Below, piece by piece: positions 27,558-39,823 of a DNA stretch of 64,000 nt (position 1 is the stretch's first letter; every line of letters begins with the position of its first letter). Location: NCBI GenBank assembly GCA_026397135.1, contig JAPLVL010000001.1:12753-76752 (forward strand), read 5' to 3'. This DNA is from Candidatus Berkelbacteria bacterium (GTDB lineage: Bacteria; Patescibacteriota; UBA1384; XYA2-FULL-43-10; 1-14-0-10-43-13). The notes beneath the pieces were generated by a model, which saw only the letters and a program-made list of their open reading frames with translations, did no database searches and was not told where the DNA came from. Made by a program: the position numbers and the translations under genes.

Positions 27558-28599
27558 TTTTTTGATGAATTTATCACAAACGAATAAAAAACTATTTGAG
27601 TTATTTAAGTCAGCCAAATCACCAAATCCAGAGCTTGATGCTTCTATAATTCTGGAATTTGTTTTGAAGATCAAAAGGGCAGAGGCACTCACCCACCCCA
27701 AGCTAATTCTCAAGGAGAGCCAAACTGCCAAGATTTTCAAACTCGCGAAAAGACGCTTAATTGGTGAACCTATCGCCTACCTCACTAACCACAAAGAATT
27801 TTTTGGGTATGATTTTTTCGTAAACAAAAATGTCCTTATCCCCCGCCCCGAGAGTGAATGGCTAATTGAGCATTCGCTCGAGCTTATAAAGTCCAAGGTC
27901 CAAAAAGTTGAAGGCAGATTTCATATTCTTGATCTCGGCACCGGTTCCGGCTGCCTAATCATATCGCTAGTGAGTCAGTTAATCAGCGAGCCAGCGACTG
28001 GGCTATTTAATTTTTTCGCGAGCGATGTTTCGAGCAAAGCCATCGTAGTTGCCAAGAAAAATAGCAAAACTTTACTTAGCCGTCATTCTGAAAGAAGTGA
28101 AGAGTCCTATAAAGGTGAGGGGATCCTTCGCCATGCTCAGAATGACACAATCAAATTTATTCATTCTAGCCTCTTCTCCAACCATCTACTTCGCAAGAAA
28201 TTTGATCTCATTATCGCCAATCTCCCCTATGTGCCCATCACCGATTATCATCTCGACTCTTCGACACTTTCGTCGAAGTTGGAGAGATCTTCTACTGAAG
28301 AAAATTATATAAAATTGCAAGATCTCTCGACTCCACTTCGTTCCACTCGAGATGACAATGGTATTGCATTCGAGCCAGCCTCCGCGATTTTTGCACAAGA
28401 CAACGGAGCCGAGATCATCAAAATATTTTTATCCGAATCGCTAAAATATTTAGCCAAGAACGGAGTCATCTTAATCGAACTTGATCCTCGCAATGCAATC
28501 GAACTGGAGAAATTTTCCAGAAAAACCTATCCGAACGCCAAAATAAAACTCGAAAAAGATCTGGCTGGGCTTGATCGGTATCTCTCGATAGAAAACTAA
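27550..28599 (+). CDS. prmC: Release-factor glutamine methyltransferase with several in-frame repeat insertions
   Basis: [38 protein letters not shown]; follows prfA. Confidence 0.92.
   Translation: MSDFLMNLSQTNKKLFELFKSAKSPNPELDASIILEFVLKIKRAEALTHPKLILKESQTAKIFKLAKRRLIGEPIAYLTNHKEFFGYDFFVNKNVLIPRPESEWLIEHSLELIKSKVQKVEGRFHILDLGTGSGCLIISLVSQLISEPATGLFNFFASDVSSKAIVVAKKNSKTLLSRHSERSEESYKGEGILRHAQNDTIKFIHSSLFSNHLLRKKFDLIIANLPYVPITDYHLDSSTLSSKLERSSTEENYIKLQDLSTPLRSTRDDNGIAFEPASAIFAQDNGAEIIKIFLSESLKYLAKNGVILIELDPRNAIELEKFSRKTYPNAKIKLEKDLAGLDRYLSIEN
28081..28147. repeat. GTCAT...ATGAC palindromic repeat in frame in prmC
   Basis: CGTCATTCTGAAAGAAGTGAAGAGTCC...GGATCCTTCGCCATGCTCAGAATGACA, encoding RHSERSEES...ILRHAQND. 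Confidence 0.85.
28246..28357. repeat. Second palindromic repeat in frame in prmC
   Basis: TATCATCTCGAC...GGAGAGATCT...AGATCTCTCGAC...CTCGAGATGACA, encoding HLDS...ERS...[12 protein letters not shown]. Confidence 0.8.
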
Positions 28600-28629
28600 A
28601 AGAATCCGCCATGATGGCGGATTCTTTTA
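28597..28629. terminator. Bidirectional intrinsic terminator
   Basis: TAAAAGAATCCGCCA-TGA-TGGCGGATTCTTTTA between convergent prmC and htrA. Confidence 0.85.
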
Positions 28630-28736
28630 GAGATATTTACCTTTTCATACTTTTATCAGATTCGTAATTGCGTAGGAAGTCTGAAATATTTGTAAATTCG
28701 TAATTTAGTCTGATTCGTACTTTGGTAGGAGTAAGA

Positions 28737-29957
28737 CTACTTACTTTCTTCCAAAGTTAATTTGACATCTTTTTCTTTACTCTTCGAAAGCACTTTCAAG
28801 GTAATCGTGTCGCCAACTTGATGTTGTTGGATCAAGTTTACAAGTGGGTGATCCTCATCGACAGTTTGTCCGTCAATGGATTCAATAATATCATTTGCTT
28901 GCAAACCCGCCTTGTCAGCCGGAGAGCCAGGAATTACAGCGTAATCAAGAAAGCCACCTGTACTTGTAATGATTGCACCATGGTCAAGTGGCAAGCTGTA
29001 CTGTTTGGCCATATCAGGTGTGATATCGTAATACTTTACTCCGATATATGGTCTGATGATTCGCCCTGTTTTCTTGATGCTGTCGATTGCCGATTTGGCC
29101 GCATTGATCGGGATAGCAAAACCAATTCCCTGAGCATTCGAAGCGACTGCCGTATTTATCCCTACAACTTGACCAGCAAGATTCACGAGTGGGCCACCAG
29201 AATTTCCTGAATTTATAGCAGTATCAGTTTGAAGCAAACCAGACAATTGTTCCGACGAACTGGAACCGCTAGAGCTGGAAGCACTTATTTTTCGATCTTT
29301 TGCTGAAATAATTCCAGCAGTGACAGTATTTTGGAATTGACCTAGGGCATTGCCAACAGCAACTACCCACTGCCCGACCTTGAGTTGATCTGAGTCACCG
29401 AGATCAACAACTGGCAAAGAATGAGCGTCTATTTTCACAACAGCCAAATCGTTGACTGGGTCGAGAGATTGCACTTTTGCATCATAAGTTTTGCCATCAA
29501 GCATAATCACCTGATAAGTCGCGTTTGCGTCTGAAACGACATGTTTGTTGGTCAAGATCAAACCGTCCGCTGTAATGATAAAGCCTGTCCCAGCTCCCTG
29601 TTGCTCTACAGTCTGGCCAAAGATGTTAGTCGCGGTAGATTTTGCTGTGATTGAGACTACTGAGTTTGAAACTTTGTTTGCAACATCAATAATTGAACTT
29701 GACTCCTCGACCACTATCTTTTCTGTCTTGGTTGTGGGAATTGTCAAATTTTTAAAGCTACTTAGACCCAGTTTTGAAGCAATAGCACCACTATCAGCCG
29801 AGAACAGCAAGACACCACCCACTCCACCGATGCCACCAGCGATAAAAATCAGGAGGACAGCCAAAATCATAAAAACAAGTTGCGCTGTCTTTCTCTTTTT
29901 CCCTGGTTGAATCAATGATTCCCTCGGATCCTTTTCCTCAAACTCAATCTTTGCCAT
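28737..29957 (-). CDS. htrA: HtrA/DegP serine protease with one PDZ domain
   Basis: GAGTGFII, TNKHVV, QTDTAINSGNSGGPL; N-terminal TM. Confidence 0.95.
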   Translation of the reverse strand: MAKIEFEEKDPRESLIQPGKKRKTAQLVFMILAVLLIFIAGGIGGVGGVLLFSADSGAIASKLGLSSFKNLTIPTTKTEKIVVEESSSIIDVANKVSNSVVSITAKSTATNIFGQTVEQQGAGTGFIITADGLILTNKHVVSDANATYQVIMLDGKTYDAKVQSLDPVNDLAVVKIDAHSLPVVDLGDSDQLKVGQWVVAVGNALGQFQNTVTAGIISAKDRKISASSSSGSSSSEQLSGLLQTDTAINSGNSGGPLVNLAGQVVGINTAVASNAQGIGFAIPINAAKSAIDSIKKTGRIIRPYIGVKYYDITPDMAKQYSLPLDHGAIITSTGGFLDYAVIPGSPADKAGLQANDIIESIDGQTVDEDHPLVNLIQQHQVGDTITLKVLSKSKEKDVKLTLEESK

Positions 29958-30020
29958 AACAAAATTCCTCTATTTTTATTTTTGTATATTCAGAATTATT
30001 CCGCAGGCAAGTAGTCGAAA

Positions 30021-30251
30021 TTAAGACATTTTTTTCGCAACCAAATCAGCAGTGTCCTTAATTTTTTCTTTCGCAATCTCTTTGCCCTTCTCTACCATTT
30101 CCTTGCAATCTTTGGTGTACTCCTTTACCTTTTTGCCCAAAACCTCTCTGGTTTCCTTGCCACTTTGAGGTGCCAGAAGCAAACCGGCAGCAGCTCCTGC
30201 CAAAGCACCAAATACAACTCCCAAGAAAAATTTTCCTTCACTATTCGCCAT
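30021..30251 (-). CDS. YtxH-domain protein
   Basis: GALAGAAAGLLLAPQSGKETRE. Confidence 0.88.
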   Translation of the reverse strand: MANSEGKFFLGVVFGALAGAAAGLLLAPQSGKETREVLGKKVKEYTKDCKEMVEKGKEIAKEKIKDTADLVAKKMS

Positions 30252-30531
30252 CTGTCTCTCCTTTTTTATTGATATTTTCAACGAAATGCTTGATTGATTT
30301 TACAATACCAAGCGAATAAACAAATCCACTAACAGTATCACGCCAGCCAGAAAGTGTTGCCTTCAGTTCGTCGACTTTCTGATCCATTTCCAAAACTCTC
30401 TTGGCAACAGTTTGGGTAATTTTCTTAATATCATCGAGAATATCAAAACATCGCCACAAAACTGCAATCAGACAAACCACCGCAACAATCAAAACTATCA
30501 ATAATATTTGAACCAATACAGTCGTTACCAT
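30241..30531 (-). CDS. Small membrane protein (DUF948-like) upstream of ytxH
   Basis: TM helix then coiled coil; GGAGG RBS; typical ytxG-ytxH arrangement. Confidence 0.7.
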   Translation of the reverse strand: MVTTVLVQILLIVLIVAVVCLIAVLWRCFDILDDIKKITQTVAKRVLEMDQKVDELKATLSGWRDTVSGFVYSLGIVKSIKHFVENINKKGETDGE

Positions 30532-30645
30532 CTTGCCTCCTTATTAATCCAATGTGTGATTAAATTATATACACAAGTATATGGCAACTCAATATCTGTC
30601 TATATTTATTGTTGCCCAATTTACTTAAAAATTGCTGAGAAATAA

Positions 30646-31169
30646 TTACTTTTTGCGTTCAATTACAGTCCAGCCATTCGCATTGTCGATTTTCGAGTTT
30701 GGTACTACATTGATAAGCCCATTGTCCGAAAGTATCCGAACTTTTCTGACATCAATTCCCTGAATTATACCCTCAACATCGCCCACCTTGATTCGAAACC
30801 CAACCTCAAAGTCGCGATCTTTGGCCAGAGATAGACCAGCAATTACATCACTGGCCAGAGCAGAAGCGCCGCTGGCAATAGCAAAACCAAAGGCAACAGC
30901 AGAGCCAGAAATGGCGATTGCCAAATTTGAAAGCCCCAAAAGGGTAGCGATTTCCGCAGCAAATAAAACCCAAAGGAAAACTGAAGCTAGGGATGTCAGA
31001 AGCTCCCTCATAGCATGATTGAGACGAAACAATTTCAAAATCCTCTTCAAGAAGAATTGAGCTAATCGAATCAAAATATAGCCGAGAATAATAGCAACCA
31101 AAACATTCGGTAATTTCGGAATTACTGCTTCAAAGATTGAGATAAAACGCTCACCACGCTTGTTATCAT
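30646..31169 (-). CDS. Small-conductance mechanosensitive channel family protein; apparent 1-nt frameshift just after the start
   Basis: DVIAGL...FEVGFRIKVGDVEGII...VVPNSKI. The ATG at 31169 (GGAG RBS, ATGA overlap with gatB) is one base out of frame with the body. Confidence 0.75.
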
Positions 31170-32608
31170 TTAGTCTCCAATTTTTCTCTTAATAATTGAT
31201 TTAATTTTTGTGGATTCGCCTTCCCCTGCGTCTCTTTCATCAATTTCCCCATGAAAAATCCGAAAAGCTGCTTCTCACCCTGACGGTATCGGTTTAATTC
31301 ATTTGGATTTTTTTCGATAATATCAGTAATCAGGGTTCCAATTTTTTCATCATCAAATTCATTCATTTCTGAATCAATAATTGACTTAATTTCCAGATAT
31401 GTCATTTCTGGATTTGCCAGAGCTTTTTCAAATATTTTTCGCATCGCACTTTTTGTGCTTCTGTTCTTAATTACCTCAGCCTTGAAATCAATTTCACCCA
31501 CTGCATTACCTTTTAGATCACCAAAATAGGTGGGTAATTGCGCGATCGCTTCTGCAATATCAATGCAATAATCGTCTCCGATTCTTTGACGTAAAAGTAT
31601 GAAAGAATCATACCATTTGTTATTAAGTGCGATGGTACCAGCATAAGTTCCAGGAACATCTAAATCGCGCAGCAAGGTTAATTTCTGTTCAACATCCTCC
31701 TTCAATTCTGATCTTAATTTATTCAGATCAAATACACTACTTTCAAATGGTGGCAAATCAGGGCAAGGGAAATAGCGATAATCAGCCGCTTCTTCCTTGC
31801 GCCTTTGAAGGTAAACTTTGTTATTCACACTGTCGTAACCCCAAGTCTCCTTAGACAGCTTCTTTGGCCGACTATCATACGTTTCAGCCAAATGAGCACG
31901 AACCAAAGTCAAAGCTTTTTCGACAAATTTGAAAGAATTTAAATTTTTCAATTCAATAATCGGAGACATAATAGTGCCATCAGTCAGGGAGATATTGGCG
32001 TCACAGCGCATATGACCCTTTTCCATACTGGCTTCAGAGACCTCTGAAACATCACGAACAATTTTCTGCAGTTTGCGCAGAAAATCCCCAGCCATTTCCG
32101 GCGAGGTAATATCAGGCTCAGTCACAATCTCCATGAGAGGTGTGCCAGCCCGATTTAAATCTACCAAACTTTTCCCGCCAGAGTGAATTAGTTTTCCTGC
32201 ATCCTCTTCGAGATGTATCCGATTCAATCTAATTTTTATAGTTTCTTCCTTGCTATTTGAAGTTTGGTATTTGTAATTTGACATTTCGACCCGTCCATGG
32301 GTTGCGAACGGCTCGTCATACTGTGATATCTGATAGCCTTTTGGCAGGTCAGGGTAAAAGTAGTGCTTGCGGTCAAATTTCGCAACTTTGGCAATCTCGC
32401 AATCAAGAGCAAGTCCAGTCTTGATGGTCCATTCAATTGCTTGATAATTCGCAACCGGCAGTGCGCCAGGCAAACCCAAACAGACCGGGCAAACTACCGT
32501 ATTTGGCGCCTTGCCTTCTGCAAAATTATCACAGCGACAAAACATCTTGCTCTTTGTCTTGAGCTGAACATGAATTTCCAATCCGATTGTAGTTTTTAGA
32601 TCTTTCAT
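31166..32608 (-). CDS. gatB: Asp/Glu-tRNA amidotransferase subunit B
   Basis: IGLEIHVQL, RKHYFYPDLPKGYQISQ, HLEEDAGK, DYRYFP, GFFMG. Confidence 0.97.
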   Translation of the reverse strand: MKDLKTTIGLEIHVQLKTKSKMFCRCDNFAEGKAPNTVVCPVCLGLPGALPVANYQAIEWTIKTGLALDCEIAKVAKFDRKHYFYPDLPKGYQISQYDEPFATHGRVEMSNYKYQTSNSKEETIKIRLNRIHLEEDAGKLIHSGGKSLVDLNRAGTPLMEIVTEPDITSPEMAGDFLRKLQKIVRDVSEVSEASMEKGHMRCDANISLTDGTIMSPIIELKNLNSFKFVEKALTLVRAHLAETYDSRPKKLSKETWGYDSVNNKVYLQRRKEEAADYRYFPCPDLPPFESSVFDLNKLRSELKEDVEQKLTLLRDLDVPGTYAGTIALNNKWYDSFILLRQRIGDDYCIDIAEAIAQLPTYFGDLKGNAVGEIDFKAEVIKNRSTKSAMRKIFEKALANPEMTYLEIKSIIDSEMNEFDDEKIGTLITDIIEKNPNELNRYRQGEKQLFGFFMGKLMKETQGKANPQKLNQLLREKLETK

Positions 32609-32611
32609 AAT

Positions 32612-33031
32612 TTATTGTTTTAGTTCTTCCTCTGTAAATTTGCCCACCGTTCTCATTTTGTTATAAATAGCTCCAACCTTCTCAAAATAATCCTCCAAGA
32701 ACTCAAGATCAAGCTCTGTCACCATACCAGGCTGCTTGGATTTTATCTCTTTGTATCTTTTCACTTCTTCTTGGGAAAGCTGAAGTTCAGTTATGAAATT
32801 ATTTAAGCTCTCATCAAAACGCTTGAAATAAGCGCTCTCTACTTCGTCTTCCTCGATATTGTACTGCTTAAGCAATTCTGACGTCTTTGAGTTTATATCT
32901 CTTCCTCCCATTTCGATAGAATGCAAGAAATTGTTGTATTTAACGGCTTTGTCGGAAATTATTTGATGAGCTGCCTGATATTTTGGATCATTTTGTCCAT
33001 CGAAATCTGGACGAAATTCATCAAAACTCAT
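32612..33031 (-). CDS. Hypothetical protein
   Basis: 139-aa ORF coupled on both sides. Confidence 0.65.
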   Translation of the reverse strand: MSFDEFRPDFDGQNDPKYQAAHQIISDKAVKYNNFLHSIEMGGRDINSKTSELLKQYNIEEDEVESAYFKRFDESLNNFITELQLSQEEVKRYKEIKSKQPGMVTELDLEFLEDYFEKVGAIYNKMRTVGKFTEEELKQ

Positions 33032-33489
33032 ATTTGCCTTATATATTTTAATAACTTCTCCGTTGCACCTCGCAATTCATTTTGCGATATTTGATTCTCC
33101 GTCTCGTGAGCTATTTGATTTCTGATTTTGTGACCCTGCCAAATTTCCTGATATAGATTTTGGTTTATATAAGATTCAGCATTGCGCAATCGATCAGCAA
33201 ATGTCTCCCCTCTGTAGCCTTTTGCCTTCAAGACATAATCAACCAGCTTGTCCGCTTCCATTACCGCATGTTTTTGCTCGATAACAGATTGACTATCAAC
33301 AAATTGTTCAATTTCAAGTCGTTTGCGTGCAATGAAGTTGCGATCGGCTACGGACAGACCAGATTTGGCTCTACCCCACCTAATTCCCCTAAATGGCAAA
33401 CTAATAAGCCACCAAAGGAGTTTGAAGATACCCAGGAATATTGTGGAGATGATATCTTGTTGCTGATTTTTGGAATAATTTTTCGTCAT
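33028..33489 (-). CDS. Hypothetical protein (HEPN-like helical domain possible)
   Basis: AVMEADKLVD...GETFADRL...WQGHKIRNQIAHE contains an R-x4-H motif. Confidence 0.7.
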   Translation of the reverse strand: MTKNYSKNQQQDIISTIFLGIFKLLWWLISLPFRGIRWGRAKSGLSVADRNFIARKRLEIEQFVDSQSVIEQKHAVMEADKLVDYVLKAKGYRGETFADRLRNAESYINQNLYQEIWQGHKIRNQIAHETENQISQNELRGATEKLLKYIRQI

Positions 33490-34227
33490 TTATTTCAATT
33501 CAATTGATTTAATATAAATAGGATCAACTGGCTTATCGTTGCTATCGGTTTTGACTTCGGAAATTACTTTCGCCACATCCAGACCCTTCGTCACATGAGC
33601 AAAGACAGTATGTTGACCGTTCAGATGAGGCTGATCCTTCTCTGTTACAATAAAGAATTGACTACCATTTGTATTTGGTCCGGAATTTGCCATCGCCACC
33701 GAGCCAACCTGAACCGGATGCGAAGTCAAATTATAATTATAGGCATAGCCTTTGTCAGTGTATGTTTTAATATCACTATCGGTCATATTCAATGACTTCG
33801 GATTGATTTCGTCTGCAAAGGTTCCTCCCCAAATACTTGCACCCCCAGTACCATCGCCTTTGGGATCACCGCCTTGGATCATGAAGCCTTTGATCACACG
33901 GTGCCAGGTCAGCCCGTTGTAGTACCCTTCAGCAGTCAATTTCGAAAAATTTTCAACCGTTTTGGGTGTAGAATCAGTATAGAAAGAAATTTCGATGTCA
34001 CCCTTGGAAGTGTGAATAATCGCTTGATCCCCATAGACCAAATCATCTTTCTTTACAAACGGAAAAGCAACTAGCGCAACAAAACAAAGCGCATAAACCC
34101 AAAAATCAAACCGCCGCCAGAAAAACAACCAGGGGATCTTCGACTCTTCGGCCTTTTGGCGATAAGTCTTCTTCTCTGTTTCTAGTTTTTCCTTCTTCTC
34201 CCTCCGTAGCTGTGAATTCTTGCCCAT
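33490..34227 (-). CDS. Membrane-anchored cyclophilin-type peptidyl-prolyl isomerase
   Basis: PKTVENF, HRVIKGFMIQGGDP, MANSGPNTNGSQFFI. Confidence 0.95.
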   Translation of the reverse strand: MGKNSQLRREKKEKLETEKKTYRQKAEESKIPWLFFWRRFDFWVYALCFVALVAFPFVKKDDLVYGDQAIIHTSKGDIEISFYTDSTPKTVENFSKLTAEGYYNGLTWHRVIKGFMIQGGDPKGDGTGGASIWGGTFADEINPKSLNMTDSDIKTYTDKGYAYNYNLTSHPVQVGSVAMANSGPNTNGSQFFIVTEKDQPHLNGQHTVFAHVTKGLDVAKVISEVKTDSNDKPVDPIYIKSIELK

Positions 34228-34236
34228 TTTTCCACC

Positions 34237-34301
34237 AGAATTAAGAATTAAGAATTAAGAATTAAGTAACATTTTACTTACTGCTTAATCCTTACTGCTT
34301 A
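34237..34301. repeat. Inverted pair of heptamer arrays after the gatA stop (no gene between)
   Basis: (AGAATTA)4 AGTA, short spacer, then TTACTTA CTGCTTA ATCCTTA CTGCTTA. Confidence 0.85.
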
Positions 34302-35828
34302 CTACTGAATTTCCGGTTTTCTCTTGTGCCAATCAGTCGACTGCTGGAAAGTGTGACCCGCCATCAAAATTGTCTCTTCACTCCACATCGGACCGATCAA
34401 CTGAAGACCAACTGGCAAACTTTTGTCATCTTTTTCGACGAAGCCAGCTGGAATGCTGATTGCCGGCAAGCCAGCCGGATTGACCGGCACTGTCATAATA
34501 TCCGAAAGATACATCGAGAGTGGATCGGCAGATTTCTCACCAAATTTGAATGGCAAAGTTGGTGAAACAGGAGTCGCCAAAAGATCAACTTCCTCAAATA
34601 TCTTTTCAAATTCAGCTTTGATCAAAGTTCGGACCCTCTGTGCCTTTTTGTAATAGGCGTCATAATATCCAGCCGACAAGACATAGCTCCCAAGCATAAT
34701 TCGGCGTTTAGTTTCGGCACCAAAACCCTCTTCCCTGCTCAAATTATAAACATCCTCTAGACTTTCAGCTTTAGACATTTGGCTTTCGGATTTCGATTTG
34801 AGGACAGAATGTCCAAACCGAATCCCATCATATCTTGCTAAATTCGAGCTAACTTCCGCAGGCATCAATATATAGTAAACTGCCAAGGCATAATGTACCA
34901 TCGGCAAAGATACTGGGACTATTTTTGCTCCCAATTTTTCAAATTCAGATATTGCATTTCGGACAACAGCCTCAACTTCACTATCCAGTCCTTCACCAAA
35001 AAACTCAGCAGAAACCCCAATTCTCATTGACTTTAGACTTTTCACCTTTAGCTTTTCGCAATAATTTGGAATTGGTTTGTCAGAACTAGTAGAGTCAAAT
35101 TTGTCGTAGCCAGAAATGATATTGAGCAAGATGGCTGCGTCTTCAACAGTCTTGGTCATTGGCCCAGCCTGGTCCAAAGAAGATGCCATTGCGATCGTGC
35201 CATAGCGCGAAACTCTGCCGTATGTTGGTTTCAAACCCGTAATTGAGCAAAGGCTGGCTGGCTGACGAATTGATCCACCGGTATCTGTCCCTATAGCTGC
35301 AACACAGAGATCTGCCGCTACCGCAGCCGCTGAACCACCTGAGGACCCACCAGGAATCCGGTCCAAGTCCCAAGGATTTCGAGTTGTGGAATCAAAATCA
35401 GTCGCAGTATTATAAGCAGAAGTCTCTGTCGATGAACCCATTGCGAATTGATCCAAGTTCGTCTTGCCAATCAAAACTGCGCCGGCTTCCCAGAGCTTTC
35501 GAGTCACAGTCGATTCATAAATCGGTACAAAATCATTCAAAATATTGGAAGCTGCCGTTGTCCTAACCCCTTTGGTCAAGAATAAGTCTTTGACCGCAAC
35601 CGGAATTCCATCAATTTCCGAGAGAGTCGCACCGTTTTTGCGACGCAGATCTGATTCTCTTGCCATTTCAAGCGCTTTTTCCTTGCAGAGAGTAATATAT
35701 GCACCAACTTTCGAATCAATCTCTTCAATGCGCTCGAAAATCGCTTCAGTTAATCTTTCTGAAGTAATCTCACCACTGGCGAGTTTCTCTGAAGCTTCTT
35801 TGATTGTAAATGAATACAGTTCGTTCAT
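34302..35828 (-). CDS. gatA: Asp/Glu-tRNA amidotransferase subunit A
   Basis: GIPVAVKD, GGSSGGSAAAV, GTDTGGSIRQPAS, SSNLARYDG. Confidence 0.98.
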   Translation of the reverse strand: MNELYSFTIKEASEKLASGEITSERLTEAIFERIEEIDSKVGAYITLCKEKALEMARESDLRRKNGATLSEIDGIPVAVKDLFLTKGVRTTAASNILNDFVPIYESTVTRKLWEAGAVLIGKTNLDQFAMGSSTETSAYNTATDFDSTTRNPWDLDRIPGGSSGGSAAAVAADLCVAAIGTDTGGSIRQPASLCSITGLKPTYGRVSRYGTIAMASSLDQAGPMTKTVEDAAILLNIISGYDKFDSTSSDKPIPNYCEKLKVKSLKSMRIGVSAEFFGEGLDSEVEAVVRNAISEFEKLGAKIVPVSLPMVHYALAVYYILMPAEVSSNLARYDGIRFGHSVLKSKSESQMSKAESLEDVYNLSREEGFGAETKRRIMLGSYVLSAGYYDAYYKKAQRVRTLIKAEFEKIFEEVDLLATPVSPTLPFKFGEKSADPLSMYLSDIMTVPVNPAGLPAISIPAGFVEKDDKSLPVGLQLIGPMWSEETILMAGHTFQQSTDWHKRKPEIQ

Positions 35829-35871
35829 TAAATATTTGCAATTAGTAAAATTCGTTATTTGTATGGTTCGG

Positions 35872-36165
35872 TCACTCGAATACACCCGGCACAACAAAAC
35901 TGCCATCCTTGAATTCAGGGGCATTTTTTTCTAGGTCATCATATTTAAATCCGGAGTCCGAAACAGCATCATCACGCCAAATATTTTGAAGCCCAGTTAC
36001 ATTTGCAGTTGGCTCAACGCCAGTAGTGTCAATTTCACTTAGTTGCTCGACATATTCCAAAACACCAGAAAGTTGATCGGCATACAGAACAGTCTCTTTC
36101 TCCGATAATTCGAGACGAGACAGCTTCGCAATATGTTTAATTTCGTCCAAACTCAATTTACTCAT
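35872..36165 (-). CDS. gatC: Asp/Glu-tRNA amidotransferase subunit C
   Basis: IKHIAKLSRLEL...IDTTGVEPT...NAPE...FVVPGV; upstream of gatA. Confidence 0.93.
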   Translation of the reverse strand: MSKLSLDEIKHIAKLSRLELSEKETVLYADQLSGVLEYVEQLSEIDTTGVEPTANVTGLQNIWRDDAVSDSGFKYDDLEKNAPEFKDGSFVVPGVFE

Positions 36166-36247
36166 AATAAAATAAAAAAATATTAAACCGCTACTTGGCT
36201 TAATACTAGCATTATTCATCTCGTCATTCAACAGCGATTGTATTCAA

Positions 36248-37090
36248 TTATTCCTTCGGGGTTTCGATCGAGATTCCATCGCTTTTGCCAGGTTTTGGAA
36301 TATTGACAAGCTCCGGCCTTTTGTCCAAGCGACCGTGAGTCAAAGTGTACCAAACCATTCTAACCCCCTTAGGGATGAAGAAAAACAAATAACGCAAAAG
36401 AGCGAAGAATGTCCATTTGGCATACATTGCCTGAGTCTGATGATGAATCAGAGCGTGTCGCAAATCGGCTGCTGTTTTGCCTTCGAATAATGTATATCCC
36501 TTGCCAATCGCTTCCAAAATATGAGCATCACTTGCTCCTGTCTCAGCTTTGAACATCAATGTCCGATTCACAAATGCGGCCTGCAAATTTTCCTCACCCA
36601 AAGTCGGGGTAGCATTAACTATTTCAACACCGTCGAGGTGATCCTTTTCCCGCATCAGTGCTACAAAACCGATGCCATCCATCATAATAATTTTTGGATT
36701 TCGCCAGCGTGTATGCATGAAAGGATGAGCGGCAATAGCGACGCCCCCCTGCTCTTTGATTCGCTTGATTACAGTGTGAACCTCGAGACCTGGAGGAATT
36801 GGCTCTTTTAGAAATAAGCCCAGGATATGGCCTTCTTTGCTTGTGATTTCCTCTGCCAAAACAAGTTCAAAACGATAATTCTTCGTCTTCATCATTTCCT
36901 GTGCCAAGAAAGCGCCCTCCATCGTATCATGGTCAGCGATAGCTATAATATCTAAGTCGGTTTTGTTTTGAACATAATCAAGCACAGCCTCAACATCAGG
37001 CCGCCCGTCAGAATAGCAGGTATGAATATGAATATCGGCCTTGCTCAGATGAGCAATGTCTTGAAGTTTGTGAATTCCTTTGTGTTCCAT
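36248..37090 (-). CDS. PHP-domain metal-dependent phosphoesterase
   Basis: DIHIHTCYSDG, ADHD, GHIL, AHP, SDAH. Confidence 0.88.
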   Translation of the reverse strand: MEHKGIHKLQDIAHLSKADIHIHTCYSDGRPDVEAVLDYVQNKTDLDIIAIADHDTMEGAFLAQEMMKTKNYRFELVLAEEITSKEGHILGLFLKEPIPPGLEVHTVIKRIKEQGGVAIAAHPFMHTRWRNPKIIMMDGIGFVALMREKDHLDGVEIVNATPTLGEENLQAAFVNRTLMFKAETGASDAHILEAIGKGYTLFEGKTAADLRHALIHHQTQAMYAKWTFFALLRYLFFFIPKGVRMVWYTLTHGRLDKRPELVNIPKPGKSDGISIETPKE

Positions 37091-37159
37091 AAATATATGA
37101 TACAAAAATTAATGTATTAGAGCAATCTAACCACCTGGGGAAAGATCTTGCAGCAACTA

Positions 37160-39205
<2,046 letters not shown>

Positions 39206-39260
39206 TCAATAAATTATGAACATTTCATACCAATTCTACCCCTTTCACCTCATTTCTTCA

Positions 39261-39304
39261 AGAAAAAAGGTGCCCGGGAAAGTAATTATTCCCGGGCGAA
39301 AAAG
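39261..39304 (-). terminator. Intrinsic terminator
   Basis: GCCCGGGAA...TTCCCGGGC stem with an A-tract on the plus strand (U-tract on the minus transcript). Confidence 0.6.
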
Positions 39305-39316
39305 CAAAACTATAGG

Positions 39317-39748
39317 CTAATTGGAGACAACACAGTCAAAATCAAACGGAAGAGCTGCATCATCCTCTTCGCAATCAGATGCCTCCTCAAGCTGTTCGGC
39401 CAAAGTGTTGACCCCAATCGTCGCGGACATCACCGCTTCGGAAAGCATCATCAGATATTCTACCAGCGAAAGCCGGTAATATTGAATCAGTCCTGCACTG
39501 CTCTCGATCAGCAAAATTGCAGCTTCCTGCACGACTCCAGTCAGAGTCTCCATCGCTTCTTCTTTGTGGTCTCGATCCAAAATAATGAAGTTTGGGGACT
39601 GACGAACCAATTGATCAGCTGTACCATTGATAATACCGGCACCAATCATCAAAACATCATACTCGTTGCCGCCCCTTTCGGCCACCAGCCTGTTCAACTG
39701 GCCAACTAGATATTGGCCAATCTCCGCATGATCAGAACGCTCAAGCAT
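39317..39748 (-). CDS. Hypothetical acidic protein
   Basis: GGGAGG RBS before ATG 39748; terminator downstream. Confidence 0.65.
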   Translation of the reverse strand: MLERSDHAEIGQYLVGQLNRLVAERGGNEYDVLMIGAGIINGTADQLVRQSPNFIILDRDHKEEAMETLTGVVQEAAILLIESSAGLIQYYRLSLVEYLMMLSEAVMSATIGVNTLAEQLEEASDCEEDDAALPFDFDCVVSN

Positions 39749-39823
39749 TTTGCCTCCCTTCAAGATCTAGCAAGATCCCCTGCTTGACTTAGCGAACCCA
39801 AAAATCCCTTGAACAACAAACCT

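Noticed and set aside
33028-33489. HEPN toxin or defence system
   Set aside because: Only an R-x4-H motif; no antitoxin or nucleotidyltransferase neighbour, and it sits in a housekeeping operon.
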